From positions 1 to 41,751 of IMG/VR virus record IMGVR_UViG_2563366965_000001: a stretch of DNA of 41,751 bases. One strand, 5' to 3'. Of the stretch, positions 26,649-36,682 are shown one piece after another; the first letter of the stretch is position 1; the number at the start of each line of letters is the position of its first letter. The position numbers were made by a program, and so were the translations under genes. The notes beneath the pieces are model-generated. The model ran no database searches. It was not told the origin of the DNA and saw only the letters and a list, made by a program, of their open reading frames with translations. This stretch comes from a virus (Duplodnaviria; Heunggongvirae; Uroviricota; Caudoviricetes).

Positions 26649-27004
26649 TGGCCCGTATCGGGGGAACCTGTTATTTCAAAATTGACGGTCAGCAGCTATC
26701 GCTGACCGGCGGCATTGAGGTGCCCATGAACAGGACGGTCAATGATGACATCATCGGCCTGGACGGCTCAGTGGACCGCAAGGAAACTCACCGTGCGCCT
26801 TATGTCAAAGGGACCTTCAAGGTGCCGAAGAATTTTCCGGTGAACAAAATCACCTCGTCTGATGAGATGACCATCACTGCCGAGCTGGCGAACGGTCAGG
26901 TCTATGTACTGTCGTCTGCCTGGCTGCACGGCGAAGCGAACCATAATGCCGAAGAAGGCACGGTTGATCTTGAGTTCCACGGTGAAGAAGGGGATTACCA
27001 GTAA
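26648..27004 (+). CDS. Tail tube protein
   Basis: 118 aa, start overlaps the sheath stop. Confidence 0.7.
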   Translation: MARIGGTCYFKIDGQQLSLTGGIEVPMNRTVNDDIIGLDGSVDRKETHRAPYVKGTFKVPKNFPVNKITSSDEMTITAELANGQVYVLSSAWLHGEANHNAEEGTVDLEFHGEEGDYQ

Positions 27005-27273
27005 TGAAAGAGCTTGAGTTAAAGAAACCGATTACCGCTCATGGCGAGACACTCTCCGTACTGGAGTTTGATGAGCCCACCGGGAAAGATGTCCGCGAGC
27101 TGGGATATCCCTACCAGATGAATCAGGATGAGTCCGTCAGACTTCTGGCGCATGTGGTATCGAAATACATCGTGCGGCTGGCGAAAGTGCCGCAAAGCTC
27201 TGTCGACCAGATGTCTCCGGCAGACCTGAATGCAGCGGCGTGGCTTGTGGCCGGTTTTTTCCTCCAGGCCTGA
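27004..27273 (+). CDS. Tail assembly chaperone (short form)
   Basis: 89 aa between tube and tape measure; ends just after a TTTTTTC slippery heptamer. Confidence 0.6.
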   Translation: MKELELKKPITAHGETLSVLEFDEPTGKDVRELGYPYQMNQDESVRLLAHVVSKYIVRLAKVPQSSVDQMSPADLNAAAWLVAGFFLQA

Positions 27274-27422
27274 CGGCTGAATACCTCACTGATCGCTTCT
27301 TTGACTGCGCCAGTTACTGGCGCATTAATCCCTTCGAATTGCTGAATATGCCGATCAGTGAAATTCCCTTGCTGGTCAGTCAGGCAAACAGGATAGAGCA
27401 GGAGAAACGCACACATGGCTGA
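27255..27422 (+). promoter_or_regulatory. Programmed -1 frameshift site (T TTT TTC at 27255-27261) and -1-frame extension encoding the long chaperone form
   Basis: Canonical X XXY YYZ heptamer in the zero frame (GGT TTT TTC); the -1 frame is open to 27422 and overlaps the tape-measure start. Confidence 0.5.
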
Positions 27423-29490
27423 ATTTGAGCTTAAGGCGTTGATCACCGGTGTCGACAGGCTTTCTCCCGCGCTGTCGAAAATGCAAAAGAAAATCCGGGG
27501 ATTTAAACGCCAGGCGGAAGAAGCGTCAAAGGGTGGGCTGGCGCTTGGTGGCGGACTGGCAGCGGGTCTGACGCTTTCCCTGAAATCTTATGCCGATCAG
27601 GAAAACGCCGCCACCGGGCTGAAAGTCGCCATGATGGATGCGAATGGCGAGGTTGGAAAGAGCTTTCAGGACATCAATAAACTGGCTATTGGCCTGGGTA
27701 ACCAGCTACCCGGTACAACGGCTGATTTCCAGAACATGATGCAGATGCTGGTGCGTCAGGGGATCCCGGCAGAAAACATTCTTGGCGGTGTGGGTAAAGC
27801 GACAGCTTATCTTGCGGTACAACTGAAAAAAACACCGGAAGCGGCTGCTGAGTTTGCTGCAAAGATGCAGGATGCTACCGGAACGGCGTCAGAAGACATG
27901 ATGGGGCTGTTCGACACTATCCAGAAGGCGTTTTATCTGGGCGTTGACGATACCAACATGTTGTCCTTCTTCACTAAAACCAGTTCTGTTCTGAAGATGG
28001 TGAACAAGGACGGTCTTCAGGCTGCACAGAGCCTTGCCCCCATCAGCGTCATGATGGATCAGATGGGGATGAACGGGGAGTCGGCAGGTAATGCCCTGCG
28101 AAAAGTTATCCAGTCCGGATTAAGCGTTAAGAAAATCAGGGACGTCAATAAAATCATGGCCCGCCAGAAACTCGGGGTACAGCTCGATTTTACTGACGGC
28201 AAAGGAAGTTTTGGCGGTCTTGATAACATGTTCAGGCAACTGGCAAAGCTGCGAAAACTGACCGACGTTAAGCGAACAGGCGTACTTAAGGCAATATTTG
28301 GTGATGATGCCGAAACCCTTCAGGTGGTCAATGCACTAATCGATAAAGGAAAGGATGGTTACGATCAGATCCAGCAGAAGATGAATAAACAGGCCAGCCT
28401 GAATAAACGTGTTCAGGCACAGCTTGGTACGCTGTCCAACCTGTGGGAGGCAATGACGGGGACCGCAACTAACGGCCTTGCGGCTATTGGCGGCGCATTT
28501 TCTGGTGACGCCAAAAATATCACGCAATGGCTGGGGGAGTTGGGGGAAAAATTCACGAAGTTTGCGGATGAAAATCCCCGGGTTATTCGCGGCGTCGTCG
28601 GGCTTGCTGCCGGTCTTGCGATTCTGAAACTGGGATTGATGGGCGTGGGCAGTGCCATCAGTATCGTCAGCAGGATCATGTCGATGACGCCGATTGGCAT
28701 GATTGCGACGGCGATTGCCTTGGCTGCGGGATTAATTATCACTAACTGGGATGTTGTTGGACCTTATTTCAAGAAGCTCTGGGAAACCATTGGTCCTTAT
28801 TTTGAGGCTGGCTGGGAACTTCTGAAGAAGGTTTTTGCCTGGTCGCCGCTGGGGATGGTAATCAATAACTGGGGACCGGTTGTTAAGTGGTTTCAGGATA
28901 TGTGGGACAAGCTGAAGCCAATTATTGAGTGGTTTACCGACAGTTCCGGTGACACGGTCGATGCCATTAACTCGGCGCAGTGGGGCGCGGGTGCTTATGA
29001 TGCTTATGGGACGGGAATACCGCCACGGGGATACACTCCTTATCCGGCGCAGTCAAACAACGCCTCCGGTGACACGGTCGATGCCATTAACTCGGCGCAG
29101 TGGGGCGCGGGTGCTTATGATGCTTATGGGACGGGAATACCGCCACGGGGATACACTCCTTATCCGGCGCAGTCAAACAACGCCTCCGGTGACACGGTCG
29201 ATGCCATTAACTCGGCGCAGTGGGGCGCGGGTGCTTATGATGCTTATGGGACGGGAATACCGGCGCGGGGATACACACCTTATCCGGCGGTAGATCCGGC
29301 TCAGTCAAACAACGCCTCCGATGCTACAGGCCCGAATCCCTTCATGATTAACAAAGCTTCTGCGCCAAAAGTTGACGGTGAGATCAAGGTCTCTTTTGTG
29401 AATTCGCCTCCGGGTATGCGGGTTATGGAAACGCGATCCAGCGGTTTTGATATAAATCACGATGTTGGCTATACGCATATTGGCAGATGA
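27415..29490 (+). CDS. Tail tape measure protein
   Basis: 691 aa, alpha-helical N-terminal two thirds, hydrophobic segment, internal tandem repeats. Confidence 0.8.
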   Translation: MAEFELKALITGVDRLSPALSKMQKKIRGFKRQAEEASKGGLALGGGLAAGLTLSLKSYADQENAATGLKVAMMDANGEVGKSFQDINKLAIGLGNQLPGTTADFQNMMQMLVRQGIPAENILGGVGKATAYLAVQLKKTPEAAAEFAAKMQDATGTASEDMMGLFDTIQKAFYLGVDDTNMLSFFTKTSSVLKMVNKDGLQAAQSLAPISVMMDQMGMNGESAGNALRKVIQSGLSVKKIRDVNKIMARQKLGVQLDFTDGKGSFGGLDNMFRQLAKLRKLTDVKRTGVLKAIFGDDAETLQVVNALIDKGKDGYDQIQQKMNKQASLNKRVQAQLGTLSNLWEAMTGTATNGLAAIGGAFSGDAKNITQWLGELGEKFTKFADENPRVIRGVVGLAAGLAILKLGLMGVGSAISIVSRIMSMTPIGMIATAIALAAGLIITNWDVVGPYFKKLWETIGPYFEAGWELLKKVFAWSPLGMVINNWGPVVKWFQDMWDKLKPIIEWFTDSSGDTVDAINSAQWGAGAYDAYGTGIPPRGYTPYPAQSNNASGDTVDAINSAQWGAGAYDAYGTGIPPRGYTPYPAQSNNASGDTVDAINSAQWGAGAYDAYGTGIPARGYTPYPAVDPAQSNNASDATGPNPFMINKASAPKVDGEIKVSFVNSPPGMRVMETRSSGFDINHDVGYTHIGR
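28945..29304 (+). repeat. Three tandem 120-bp repeats within the tape measure gene (40-aa unit SGDTVDAINSAQWGAGAYDAYGTGIPPRGYTPYPAQSNNA)
   Basis: Copies 1 and 2 are identical base for base; copy 3 has a few substitutions and a 12-bp insertion. Confidence 0.95.
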
Positions 29491-29506
29491 CGGAACCAGA
29501 TATAAT
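29480..29506 (+). promoter_or_regulatory. Candidate sigma70 promoter for the tail-cluster moron (TTGGCA-N15-TATAAT)
   Basis: Perfect TATAAT at 29501-29506 inside the 3' end of the tape measure gene. Confidence 0.4.
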
Positions 29507-29542
29507 TTGTCTTTAAGTTTGTTATCAACTGAAGGGAAATCT

Positions 29543-29920
29543 ATGGGTCTGTTACATGCCATTATAGGTAATGCCGGTGAAATTAATGCATCAGATGCAC
29601 AACAGGAATTAGGGGCTGTTTTAGGTGAGGGAGAAAATGTCGAACTTGCCTATAAACTCATTCGTGACCAAATTATTCTGACTAACAGAAGGTTAATTTT
29701 TATTGATAAGCAGGGTGTCACAGGGAAAAAAGTAGAGTATCGTTCGATTCCTTATAAATCTGTGACAAACTTTTCTATTGAAACCGCCGGGCATCTTGAT
29801 CTTGATGCTGAAATGAAGATATGGATTTCTGGTATTGCAGAACCGATAAAAAAACAGTTCAGTAAAGGAGCAAACATTTATAAATTGCAGGCTCATCTGG
29901 CTCAAAAAATAGCAGGGTAA
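29543..29920 (+). CDS. Moron-encoded hypothetical protein (125 aa), possibly a bacterial PH-like domain (tentative)
   Basis: AT-rich relative to neighbouring tail genes; GAAGGG RBS; own promoter candidate and a strong terminator immediately downstream. Confidence 0.5.
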   Translation: MGLLHAIIGNAGEINASDAQQELGAVLGEGENVELAYKLIRDQIILTNRRLIFIDKQGVTGKKVEYRSIPYKSVTNFSIETAGHLDLDAEMKIWISGIAEPIKKQFSKGANIYKLQAHLAQKIAG

Positions 29921-29946
29921 ACCTTACATTAATTTATGTCGTTCAT

Positions 29947-29969
29947 GCCCACTTCGGTGGGCTTTTTTA
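29947..29969 (+). terminator. Intrinsic terminator of the moron
   Basis: GCCCAC-TTCG-GTGGGC followed by TTTTTT. Confidence 0.7.
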
Positions 29970-29983
29970 TATCCGGAGTTTAT

Positions 29984-31354
29984 ATGACGTGGAAAGACAG
30001 GCTTCAGGACGCGTCATTTCGCGGTGTGCCGTTTAAGGTTGAAGAAGAAAGTGCGGGAACAGGTCGCCGTGTGGAAACACACGAATATCCGAACCGCGAC
30101 AAACCCTATACCGAAGATCTGGGAAAAGTCACTTTCCGCCCGTCCATCACGGCTTATGTGGTGGGCGATGACTGCTTTGACCAGCGCGATCGCCTGATTG
30201 ACGCGCTGAATAAACCCGGTCCCGGCACGCTTGTCCACCCGACTTACGGTGAGCTGAAAGTCTGTGTTGACGGAGAGGTTCGGGTCAGCACATCGAAAAG
30301 TGAAGGGCGTATTGTCCGCTTTGACCTGAAGTTTGTCGAAGCGGGAGAACTCTCTTACCCCACATCAGGTGCGGCGACGGCGCAGACGCTGATGTCATCC
30401 TGTTCTGCACTGGATGACTGCATCAGTGACAGCTTCAGCGGTTTCAGTATCGATGGTGTGGCGGATTTCGTGCAGAACGACGTTATCGGTAATGCCAGCA
30501 TAATGCTGGGGTATGTTTCTGATGCGATGAAAGTGGTGGATTCTGCCGTATCGGATGCCGCCAGGCTGTTGCAGGGGGATATCTCGGTACTTCTGCCGCC
30601 GCCATCGTCAGGCAAAAATTTCGTTGAGCAGGTGCAGAAAATGTGGCGTACCGGGAAACGCCTTTATGGTAACGCCAGCGACCTGGTCACCATGATCAAA
30701 ACGCTTTCCGGTGTCAGCCTCGGCAGCGATCTGCAACCGCGCGGCGTCTGGAAAACGGACAGTAAAACCACCGCCACGGCGACGCAGCAGCGTAACGTGG
30801 TTGCCAGCACCCTTCGTGCGACCGCAATCAGCGAAGCGGCGTATGCCGTCACCCGATTGCCTGCGCCAACAACTTCCGCGGTGATGCAGAATGCCGCAGT
30901 GGGGCAGTCAACAACTTCCGCGGTGATGCAGAATGCCGCAGTGGGGCAGTCAACAACTTCCGCGCAGAGCACCGGCTGGCCTTCCGTCACGCATCCGGCA
31001 CTGAACAATGCACCGGCGGTGAAAAACACGGTTGACCTGCCAACGTGGGAAGAACTGACTGACATTCGCGACACACTGAATACGGCAATTGATAAGGAGT
31101 TGTCCCGTACAACCAGTGATGCGCTGTTTCTGGCGCTGCGCCGGGTGAAAGCAGATCTGAATGCGGATATCAACACGCGCCTTGAACAGTCTGCTCGGAT
31201 CATTCAGCGCACGCCGGATGAGGTCTTACCCGCGCTGGTGCTGGCGGCGACCTGGTTTGATAACGCGGCGCGTGACGCGGACATTATCCGGCGTAATGCC
31301 ATTACGCATCCCGGCTTTGTGCCGGTGATCCCTCTGAAGGTGCCAGTGCAATGA
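29984..31354 (+). CDS. DNA circulation protein (Mu gpN-like)
   Basis: N-terminal ASFRGVPF...HEYPNRDKPYTEDLG motif; GGAG RBS; contains a 42-bp tandem duplication (30867-30950). Confidence 0.7.
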   Translation: MTWKDRLQDASFRGVPFKVEEESAGTGRRVETHEYPNRDKPYTEDLGKVTFRPSITAYVVGDDCFDQRDRLIDALNKPGPGTLVHPTYGELKVCVDGEVRVSTSKSEGRIVRFDLKFVEAGELSYPTSGAATAQTLMSSCSALDDCISDSFSGFSIDGVADFVQNDVIGNASIMLGYVSDAMKVVDSAVSDAARLLQGDISVLLPPPSSGKNFVEQVQKMWRTGKRLYGNASDLVTMIKTLSGVSLGSDLQPRGVWKTDSKTTATATQQRNVVASTLRATAISEAAYAVTRLPAPTTSAVMQNAAVGQSTTSAVMQNAAVGQSTTSAQSTGWPSVTHPALNNAPAVKNTVDLPTWEELTDIRDTLNTAIDKELSRTTSDALFLALRRVKADLNADINTRLEQSARIIQRTPDEVLPALVLAATWFDNAARDADIIRRNAITHPGFVPVIPLKVPVQ

Positions 31355-32430
31355 ACGATAACGTCACGCTACGGGTAAATGGCCGGGAGTGGAATGGCTG
31401 GACATCGGTGCGCATCGGTGCCGGTATTGAACGGCTGGCGCGGGATTTCAGCGTGGAGATCACCCGCCAGTGGCCGGGAGATGAGGGTATCACCACGCTT
31501 CAGCCGCGCATTAAAAATGGTTCAAAAGTGGAAGTGCTGATTGGTGATGAGCTGGTGATCACCGGCTGGGTGGAGGCGACCCCCGTTCGTTACGATGCCC
31601 GTTCGGTCAGCACCGGTATTGCCGGACGTAGTCTGACGGCTGACCTGATTGACTGTGCAGCCGAACCGACACAGTTTAACGGACGCTCGCTGGTGCAGAT
31701 TGCGCAGGCGCTTGCTGCGCCTTTCGGCATTGAGGTGGTGAACAGCGATGCGCCGTCGGGTGTTATTCCGGATGTCCAGCCTGATCACGGTGAAACGGTG
31801 ATCGAGGTGATCAACAAAATACTCGGTCAGCAGCAGGCGCTGGCTTATGACGACCCGCACGGCAGGCTGGTGATTGGTGGTATTGGCTCAACGCGGGCAC
31901 ATACCGCGCTGGTACTTGGGGAAAACATCCTTTCCTGTGATACGGAGAAGAGTATCCGGGAGCGGTTTTCAGTTTACCAGGTGGCGGGGCAGCGTGCCGG
32001 AAACGACGATGATTTCGGTGAGGCCACCACCACCGCGCTGCGGGCCCGCACAGAGGACGCATTTATTGCCCGTTACCGTCCGATGTATATCAGGCAGACA
32101 GGGCAGGCTACGGGGGCAGGCTGTATTGCCCGTGCGGACTTTGAAGCCCGACAACGGGCGGCGCGGACGGATGAAACCACCTATGTGGTGCAGGGCTGGC
32201 GACAGGGTAACGGTACGCTGTGGCAGCCCAACCAGCGGGTGATTGTCTTTGATCCGGTCTGTGGTTTCGACAATACCGAACTGCTTGTCTCGGAAGTCAC
32301 GTTTACTCAGGACCAGAACGGCACCCTGACGGAAATCCGTGTCGGCCCACCTGATGCTTATCTGCCTGAACCCGAAGCCCCCGGCGCGCGGAAAAAGAAA
32401 AAAGCCAGAGTACAGGAGGAGCCGTTCTGA
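31351..32430 (+). CDS. Baseplate hub / tail protein (Mu gpP-like)
   Basis: 359 aa; position after the DNA circulation gene. Confidence 0.6.
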   Translation: MNDNVTLRVNGREWNGWTSVRIGAGIERLARDFSVEITRQWPGDEGITTLQPRIKNGSKVEVLIGDELVITGWVEATPVRYDARSVSTGIAGRSLTADLIDCAAEPTQFNGRSLVQIAQALAAPFGIEVVNSDAPSGVIPDVQPDHGETVIEVINKILGQQQALAYDDPHGRLVIGGIGSTRAHTALVLGENILSCDTEKSIRERFSVYQVAGQRAGNDDDFGEATTTALRARTEDAFIARYRPMYIRQTGQATGAGCIARADFEARQRAARTDETTYVVQGWRQGNGTLWQPNQRVIVFDPVCGFDNTELLVSEVTFTQDQNGTLTEIRVGPPDAYLPEPEAPGARKKKKARVQEEPF

Positions 32431-32978
32431 TGAGGACGATTGAAGCCATGCAGCGACAACTCCTCGGCCTGATTGGGCGGGCCGTGGTGAAAAGCATCAG
32501 TGCCGCCACGAAATGTCAGACCGTGGATGTGTCCCTGATTGCCGGTGAACCCAAAGCCGGGGTTGAACATCTTGAACCCTACGGTTTTACCGCAAGGGCA
32601 AACAGCGGTGCGGAAGCGGTGGTGTTGTTTCCGGATGGCGACCGTTCTCATGCGGTGGTTGTTACGGTGTCGGACCGGCGCTACCGCCTGAAAGGGCTGC
32701 AGACGGGTGAGGTGGCTGTCTATGACGATCAGGGGCAGTCTGTGACGCTGACCCGGGAGGGGATCGTGGTGGACGGTGCAGGTAAAACGATCACGTTTCG
32801 CAATGCGCCTAAGGCACGTTTTGAAATGGACCTGGAAGTGACCGGACAGGTGAAAGACCTGTGCGACTCCGGCGGTACCACCATGTCAGCGATGCGGCTT
32901 GCCTATAACGGGCATCGTCACAGAGAGAACGGTCAGGGCAGTAACACCGACAAACCTGATAAAGCGATGGAGGCATGA
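32430..32978 (+). CDS. Baseplate assembly protein (gpV / Mu gp45-like)
   Basis: 182 aa; position in baseplate block. Confidence 0.6.
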   Translation: MRTIEAMQRQLLGLIGRAVVKSISAATKCQTVDVSLIAGEPKAGVEHLEPYGFTARANSGAEAVVLFPDGDRSHAVVVTVSDRRYRLKGLQTGEVAVYDDQGQSVTLTREGIVVDGAGKTITFRNAPKARFEMDLEVTGQVKDLCDSGGTTMSAMRLAYNGHRHRENGQGSNTDKPDKAMEA

Positions 32979-33403
32979 TGGAACTGTGGCTGACGGTGAA
33001 CGGTAAACGCACCTGCGCCAGCGCACCGCTGGATCCGCTGCCCCGCGCCGTGGTGATTTCCCTGTTTACCTGGCGGCGGGCGGAGCCTGATGACAACGCC
33101 GACGTCCCGATGGGATGGTGGGGGGATACCTGGCCTGCGGTACAGAATGACCGTTACGGCTCCCGACTGTGGCTGCTTCAGCGCAGCAAACTGACCAATC
33201 AGCTGGTGCAGACGGTAAGGGGGTATATCCGCGAATGCCTGCAATGGATGATTGATGACGGCGTGGTGTCCCGTATTGATCTGGATATCCGCCGCACCGG
33301 GATTAATGAACTGGGTAACAGTATCACTCTCTGGCGTCGTGACGGACCGGTAATGATTTCTTTTGATGATCTGTGGAGTGCGATAACGCATGGCGGACAG
33401 TGA
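32975..33403 (+). CDS. Baseplate protein (phage GP46 family-like)
   Basis: 142 aa; position. Confidence 0.55.
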   Translation: MMELWLTVNGKRTCASAPLDPLPRAVVISLFTWRRAEPDDNADVPMGWWGDTWPAVQNDRYGSRLWLLQRSKLTNQLVQTVRGYIRECLQWMIDDGVVSRIDLDIRRTGINELGNSITLWRRDGPVMISFDDLWSAITHGGQ

Positions 33404-34448
33404 ATTTCAGCGCCCGACGCTGGCAGAAAATATCAGTATGCTCCGTAACGATTTATTCGCCAGGCTGGACGTCAGCGACACGCTCCGGCGCATGGATGAA
33501 GACGTGCGGGCAAAGGTGTATGCGGCGGCGCTGCATACGGTTTACGGGTACATCGATTATCTGGCAATGAATATGCTGCCTGACCTGTGCGATGAGTCCT
33601 GGCTGGCGCGACATGCTGCGATGAAACGGTGTCCGCGCAAGGGGGCCACGACTGCCAGCGGGTATATGCGCTGGGAAGGCGTCAGCGATGGCCTGAAGGT
33701 GACCGCCGGGAGTGTTATTCAGCGCAATGACCTGGTTCAGTACACGGCAACTGCCGATGCAACCAGCGCCGGTGGTGTCCTGCGCGTGCCGATCACCTGC
33801 TCAAGTGCAGGCGCGGTCGGTAACGCTGACGACGGTACGTCATTAATCCTGGTCACGCCGGTTAATGGTCTGCCGTCTTCCGGCGTGGCAGATACCCTGA
33901 CAGGTGGATTTGATACTGAAGAGCTGGAAACGTGGCGCGCCCGCGTCATTGAGCGGTATTACTGGACGCCTCAGGGCGGGGCTGACGGGGACTATGTCGT
34001 CTGGGCTAAAGAAGTGCCCGGCATTACCCGCGCATGGACATACCGTCACTGGATGGGAACGGGAACTGTCGGTGTGATGATTGCCAGCAGTGACCTGATT
34101 AATCCCATTCCGGAAGAATCAACGGAAACGGCGGCAAGACAACACATTGAGCCACTGGCCCCGGTGGCAGGCTCTGATTTGTATGTATTCAGGCCGGTGG
34201 CACATACGGTGGATTTTCATATCCGCGTGACGCCGGACACACCGGAAATACGGGCTGCCATTACCGCGGAGTTGCGTTCGTTCCTGCTGCGTGATGGTTA
34301 TCCGCAGGGAGAACTGAAGGTGTCACGTATCAGTGAAGCGATTTCCGGTGCGAACGGGGAATACAGCCATCAGTTGCTTGCACCGGCAGACAATATCTCC
34401 ATTGCAAAAAATGAACTGGCGGTTCTGGGGACGATTTCATGGACGTGA
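33390..34448 (+). CDS. Baseplate J-like protein (Mu gp47-like)
   Basis: 352 aa; position. Confidence 0.65.
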   Translation: MADSEFQRPTLAENISMLRNDLFARLDVSDTLRRMDEDVRAKVYAAALHTVYGYIDYLAMNMLPDLCDESWLARHAAMKRCPRKGATTASGYMRWEGVSDGLKVTAGSVIQRNDLVQYTATADATSAGGVLRVPITCSSAGAVGNADDGTSLILVTPVNGLPSSGVADTLTGGFDTEELETWRARVIERYYWTPQGGADGDYVVWAKEVPGITRAWTYRHWMGTGTVGVMIASSDLINPIPEESTETAARQHIEPLAPVAGSDLYVFRPVAHTVDFHIRVTPDTPEIRAAITAELRSFLLRDGYPQGELKVSRISEAISGANGEYSHQLLAPADNISIAKNELAVLGTISWT

Positions 34449-35023
34449 CAAACGATGATTACATCCGTCTGTTGTCGGCACTGCTGCCGCCCGGTCCGGC
34501 GTGGTCAGCCAGCGATCCGGCGATTGCCGGTGCGGCACCGTCATTAACCCGCGTTCATCAGCGTGCGGATGCCATGATGCGGGAGCTGGATCCGCGCACC
34601 ACCACTGAACTGATAAACCGCTGGGAGCGTCTGTGCGGTCTGCCGGATGAATGTATTCCCGCAGGGACACAGACCCTTCGCCAGCGTCAGCAACGACTGG
34701 ATGCGAAGGTTAACCTGGCGGGCGGCATCAATGAGGATTTTTACCTTGCACAGCTTGCTGCCCTGGGCAGACCAGACGCTACCATCACGCGATACGACAA
34801 AAGCACGTTCACCTGCTCATCAGCCTGCACTGACGCTGTGAATGCGCCGGAATGGCGGTATTACTGGCAGGTCAACATGCCAGCCGCCACCAACACCACC
34901 TGGATGACATGTGGCGATCCCTGTGATTCCGCACTGCGTATCTGGGGCGACACCGTTGTCGAGTGTGTGCTTAACAAACTCTGCCCGTCGCATACCTACG
35001 TAATTTTTAAATATCCGGAGTAA
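34439..35023 (+). CDS. DUF2313 (YmfQ-like) tail protein (Mu gp48-like)
   Basis: 194 aa; position immediately before the tail-fibre gene. Confidence 0.55.
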   Translation: MDVTNDDYIRLLSALLPPGPAWSASDPAIAGAAPSLTRVHQRADAMMRELDPRTTTELINRWERLCGLPDECIPAGTQTLRQRQQRLDAKVNLAGGINEDFYLAQLAALGRPDATITRYDKSTFTCSSACTDAVNAPEWRYYWQVNMPAATNTTWMTCGDPCDSALRIWGDTVVECVLNKLCPSHTYVIFKYPE

Positions 35024-35026
35024 TTC

Positions 35027-35674
35027 ATGCATCGTATAGACACGAAAACCGCGCAGAAGGATAAGTTCGGCGCGGGTAAGAACGGTTTTACCCGTGGTAA
35101 CCCCCAGACCGGCACACCTGCCACCGATCTGGATGATGACTACTTTGACATGTTGCAGGAGGAGCTTTGCAGCGTTGTGGAGGCATCCGGTGCCAGCCTG
35201 GAGAAAGGGCGGCACGACCAGTTGCTTACCGCGCTTCGTGCGCTGCTGTTAAGCCGCAAGAATCCGTTTGGCGATATCAAATCAGATGGCACGGTGAAAA
35301 CGGCTCTCGAAAACCTTGGTTTGGGAGAAGCGGCGAAAAGGGATGTGGGCACAGGAGATAATCAGATACCGGATATGGGAGCATTCGCTTCTGGTTCGGG
35401 ATGGTTCAGGCTACCAGGTGGATATATTGTTCAGTTTGGCACTTTTGCAGGAAACACGACCCGCTTTATCAGTGGACACTTCCCTATACCATTCCCTAAT
35501 CAGCCGATGGTTTCAGTCAGTGTTATGTCTGATGCCGTTCAGTCAGACCCGTCGAATCCTGCCCCGCAGGTTTTGTCTGTAAATTTTGAACATATCAGTA
35601 ATTCAGCGTGGCGTGTGGCAACCAGTGATATCTCATATCAATACAGATTCAGTTATATTTCGATAGGACGGTAG
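35027..35674 (+). CDS. Tail fibre protein: constant N-terminal part (about residues 1-100) fused to the currently expressed variable C-terminal part
   Basis: A crossover site lies in-frame at codons [10 protein letters not shown]; downstream partner tfa gene. Confidence 0.6.
   Translation: MHRIDTKTAQKDKFGAGKNGFTRGNPQTGTPATDLDDDYFDMLQEELCSVVEASGASLEKGRHDQLLTALRALLLSRKNPFGDIKSDGTVKTALENLGLGEAAKRDVGTGDNQIPDMGAFASGSGWFRLPGGYIVQFGTFAGNTTRFISGHFPIPFPNQPMVSVSVMSDAVQSDPSNPAPQVLSVNFEHISNSAWRVATSDISYQYRFSYISIGR
35307..35330. promoter_or_regulatory. Invertase crossover site, left (gix/hix/cix-like), inside the tail-fibre gene
   Basis: TCGAAAACCTTGGTTTGGGAGAAG; its inverted partner is at 37134-37157 (21/24 identical as reverse complement). 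Confidence 0.6.
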
Positions 35675-35676
35675 AA

Positions 35677-36117
35677 ATGCAGAAATATATTTTCAGTGCC
35701 GATAAAAATGCGTTTTTCCCTGTGGAGCTTAAAATCGCTTATCAGGAATCCGGCGAATGGCCCGGTGATGGAATCGAAATTGACGACACTGTTGCCGCCG
35801 AATTTATGAAGGAAGCACCAGAAGGAAAATACAGAGGCGTCATCGACGGAATGCCTGCATGGATTGATATTCCACCGCCAACTCATGAGGAACAAATTGC
35901 CGCAGCCGAACTGGAAAAGCAGCAATTGATTAATCAGGTCAACGAATACATAAACAGTAAGCAATGGCCTGGTAAAGCGGCGATTGGTCGCCTGAAAGGT
36001 GAGGAACTGGCGCAATATAATTTGTGGCTGGATTATCTGGACACACTGGAACTGGTCGATACTTCCGGTGCGCCAGATATTGAATGGCCTACGCCTCCGG
36101 CAGTTCAGGCCAGATGA
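35677..36117 (+). CDS. Tail fibre assembly protein (Tfa), current orientation
   Basis: 146 aa, N-terminal MQKYIFSADKNAFFP typical of Tfa; follows the fibre gene. Confidence 0.65.
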   Translation: MQKYIFSADKNAFFPVELKIAYQESGEWPGDGIEIDDTVAAEFMKEAPEGKYRGVIDGMPAWIDIPPPTHEEQIAAAELEKQQLINQVNEYINSKQWPGKAAIGRLKGEELAQYNLWLDYLDTLELVDTSGAPDIEWPTPPAVQAR

Positions 36118-36682
36118 CATCCGGCGCGGTGCTGGTATCTGTTACCGTCACCGCGTCAATGTAATCCAGCACGGCGTTAAGTCGGGTTGTTTCTGCCTGC
36201 GTCAGCTTCCGTCCGGCCTGTAATTTCAGTTGAATCAGACTGATGGAAGCCATTGCAGCATCAATCAGCGACTGGCGCTGTGCTTCTGCCGCGTCTACTG
36301 CGGCACTATGCTGTGCCTCAGTATCTGTCACCCATTTCTCACCATCCCATTTATCGTATGGCGTTAACGGTGAAAGCGTGACATAACCGTCTTTGATGGC
36401 ACCGATATAATCCACTGTAACAGCTGCGCCATTTTCGATTGAGTAAACAGTCTCATTGCGGTGGTCTTCTTCATGGCTCCATCCCTTACCCGTAAATACT
36501 GCCACTTTCCCCGGAATGTATTCGCCCGGGTCAATACCAGTGGAACAGGCGGGCATACTTACGCCAGTATTAATATATTCATCAGACCAGCCCGTATATT
36601 CAGACGTTACTGCATCATAATAAAAACAACGCATATCACCCGGCACTGTAGCCAGCCCATTTTCATCAAAAACAGGTTTCAT
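36089..36682 (-). CDS. Alternative tail fibre assembly protein (Tfa'), used after inversion
   Basis: 197 aa, Tfa-like N-terminus (MKPVFDENGLATVPGDMRCFYYDA); convergent with tfa. Confidence 0.65.
   Translation of the reverse strand: MKPVFDENGLATVPGDMRCFYYDAVTSEYTGWSDEYINTGVSMPACSTGIDPGEYIPGKVAVFTGKGWSHEEDHRNETVYSIENGAAVTVDYIGAIKDGYVTLSPLTPYDKWDGEKWVTDTEAQHSAAVDAAEAQRQSLIDAAMASISLIQLKLQAGRKLTQAETTRLNAVLDYIDAVTVTDTSTAPDVIWPELPEA

Noticed and set aside
28925-29293. 122-aa ORF in an alternative frame across the tape-measure repeats
   Set aside because: Lies entirely inside the well-supported tape measure gene and owes its length to the 120-bp repeat periodicity; repetitive arginine-rich translation; no RBS.
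28945-29304. Possible CRISPR array
   Set aside because: The repeats are contiguous 120-bp units with no spacers, in-frame within a coding gene, and there are no cas genes.
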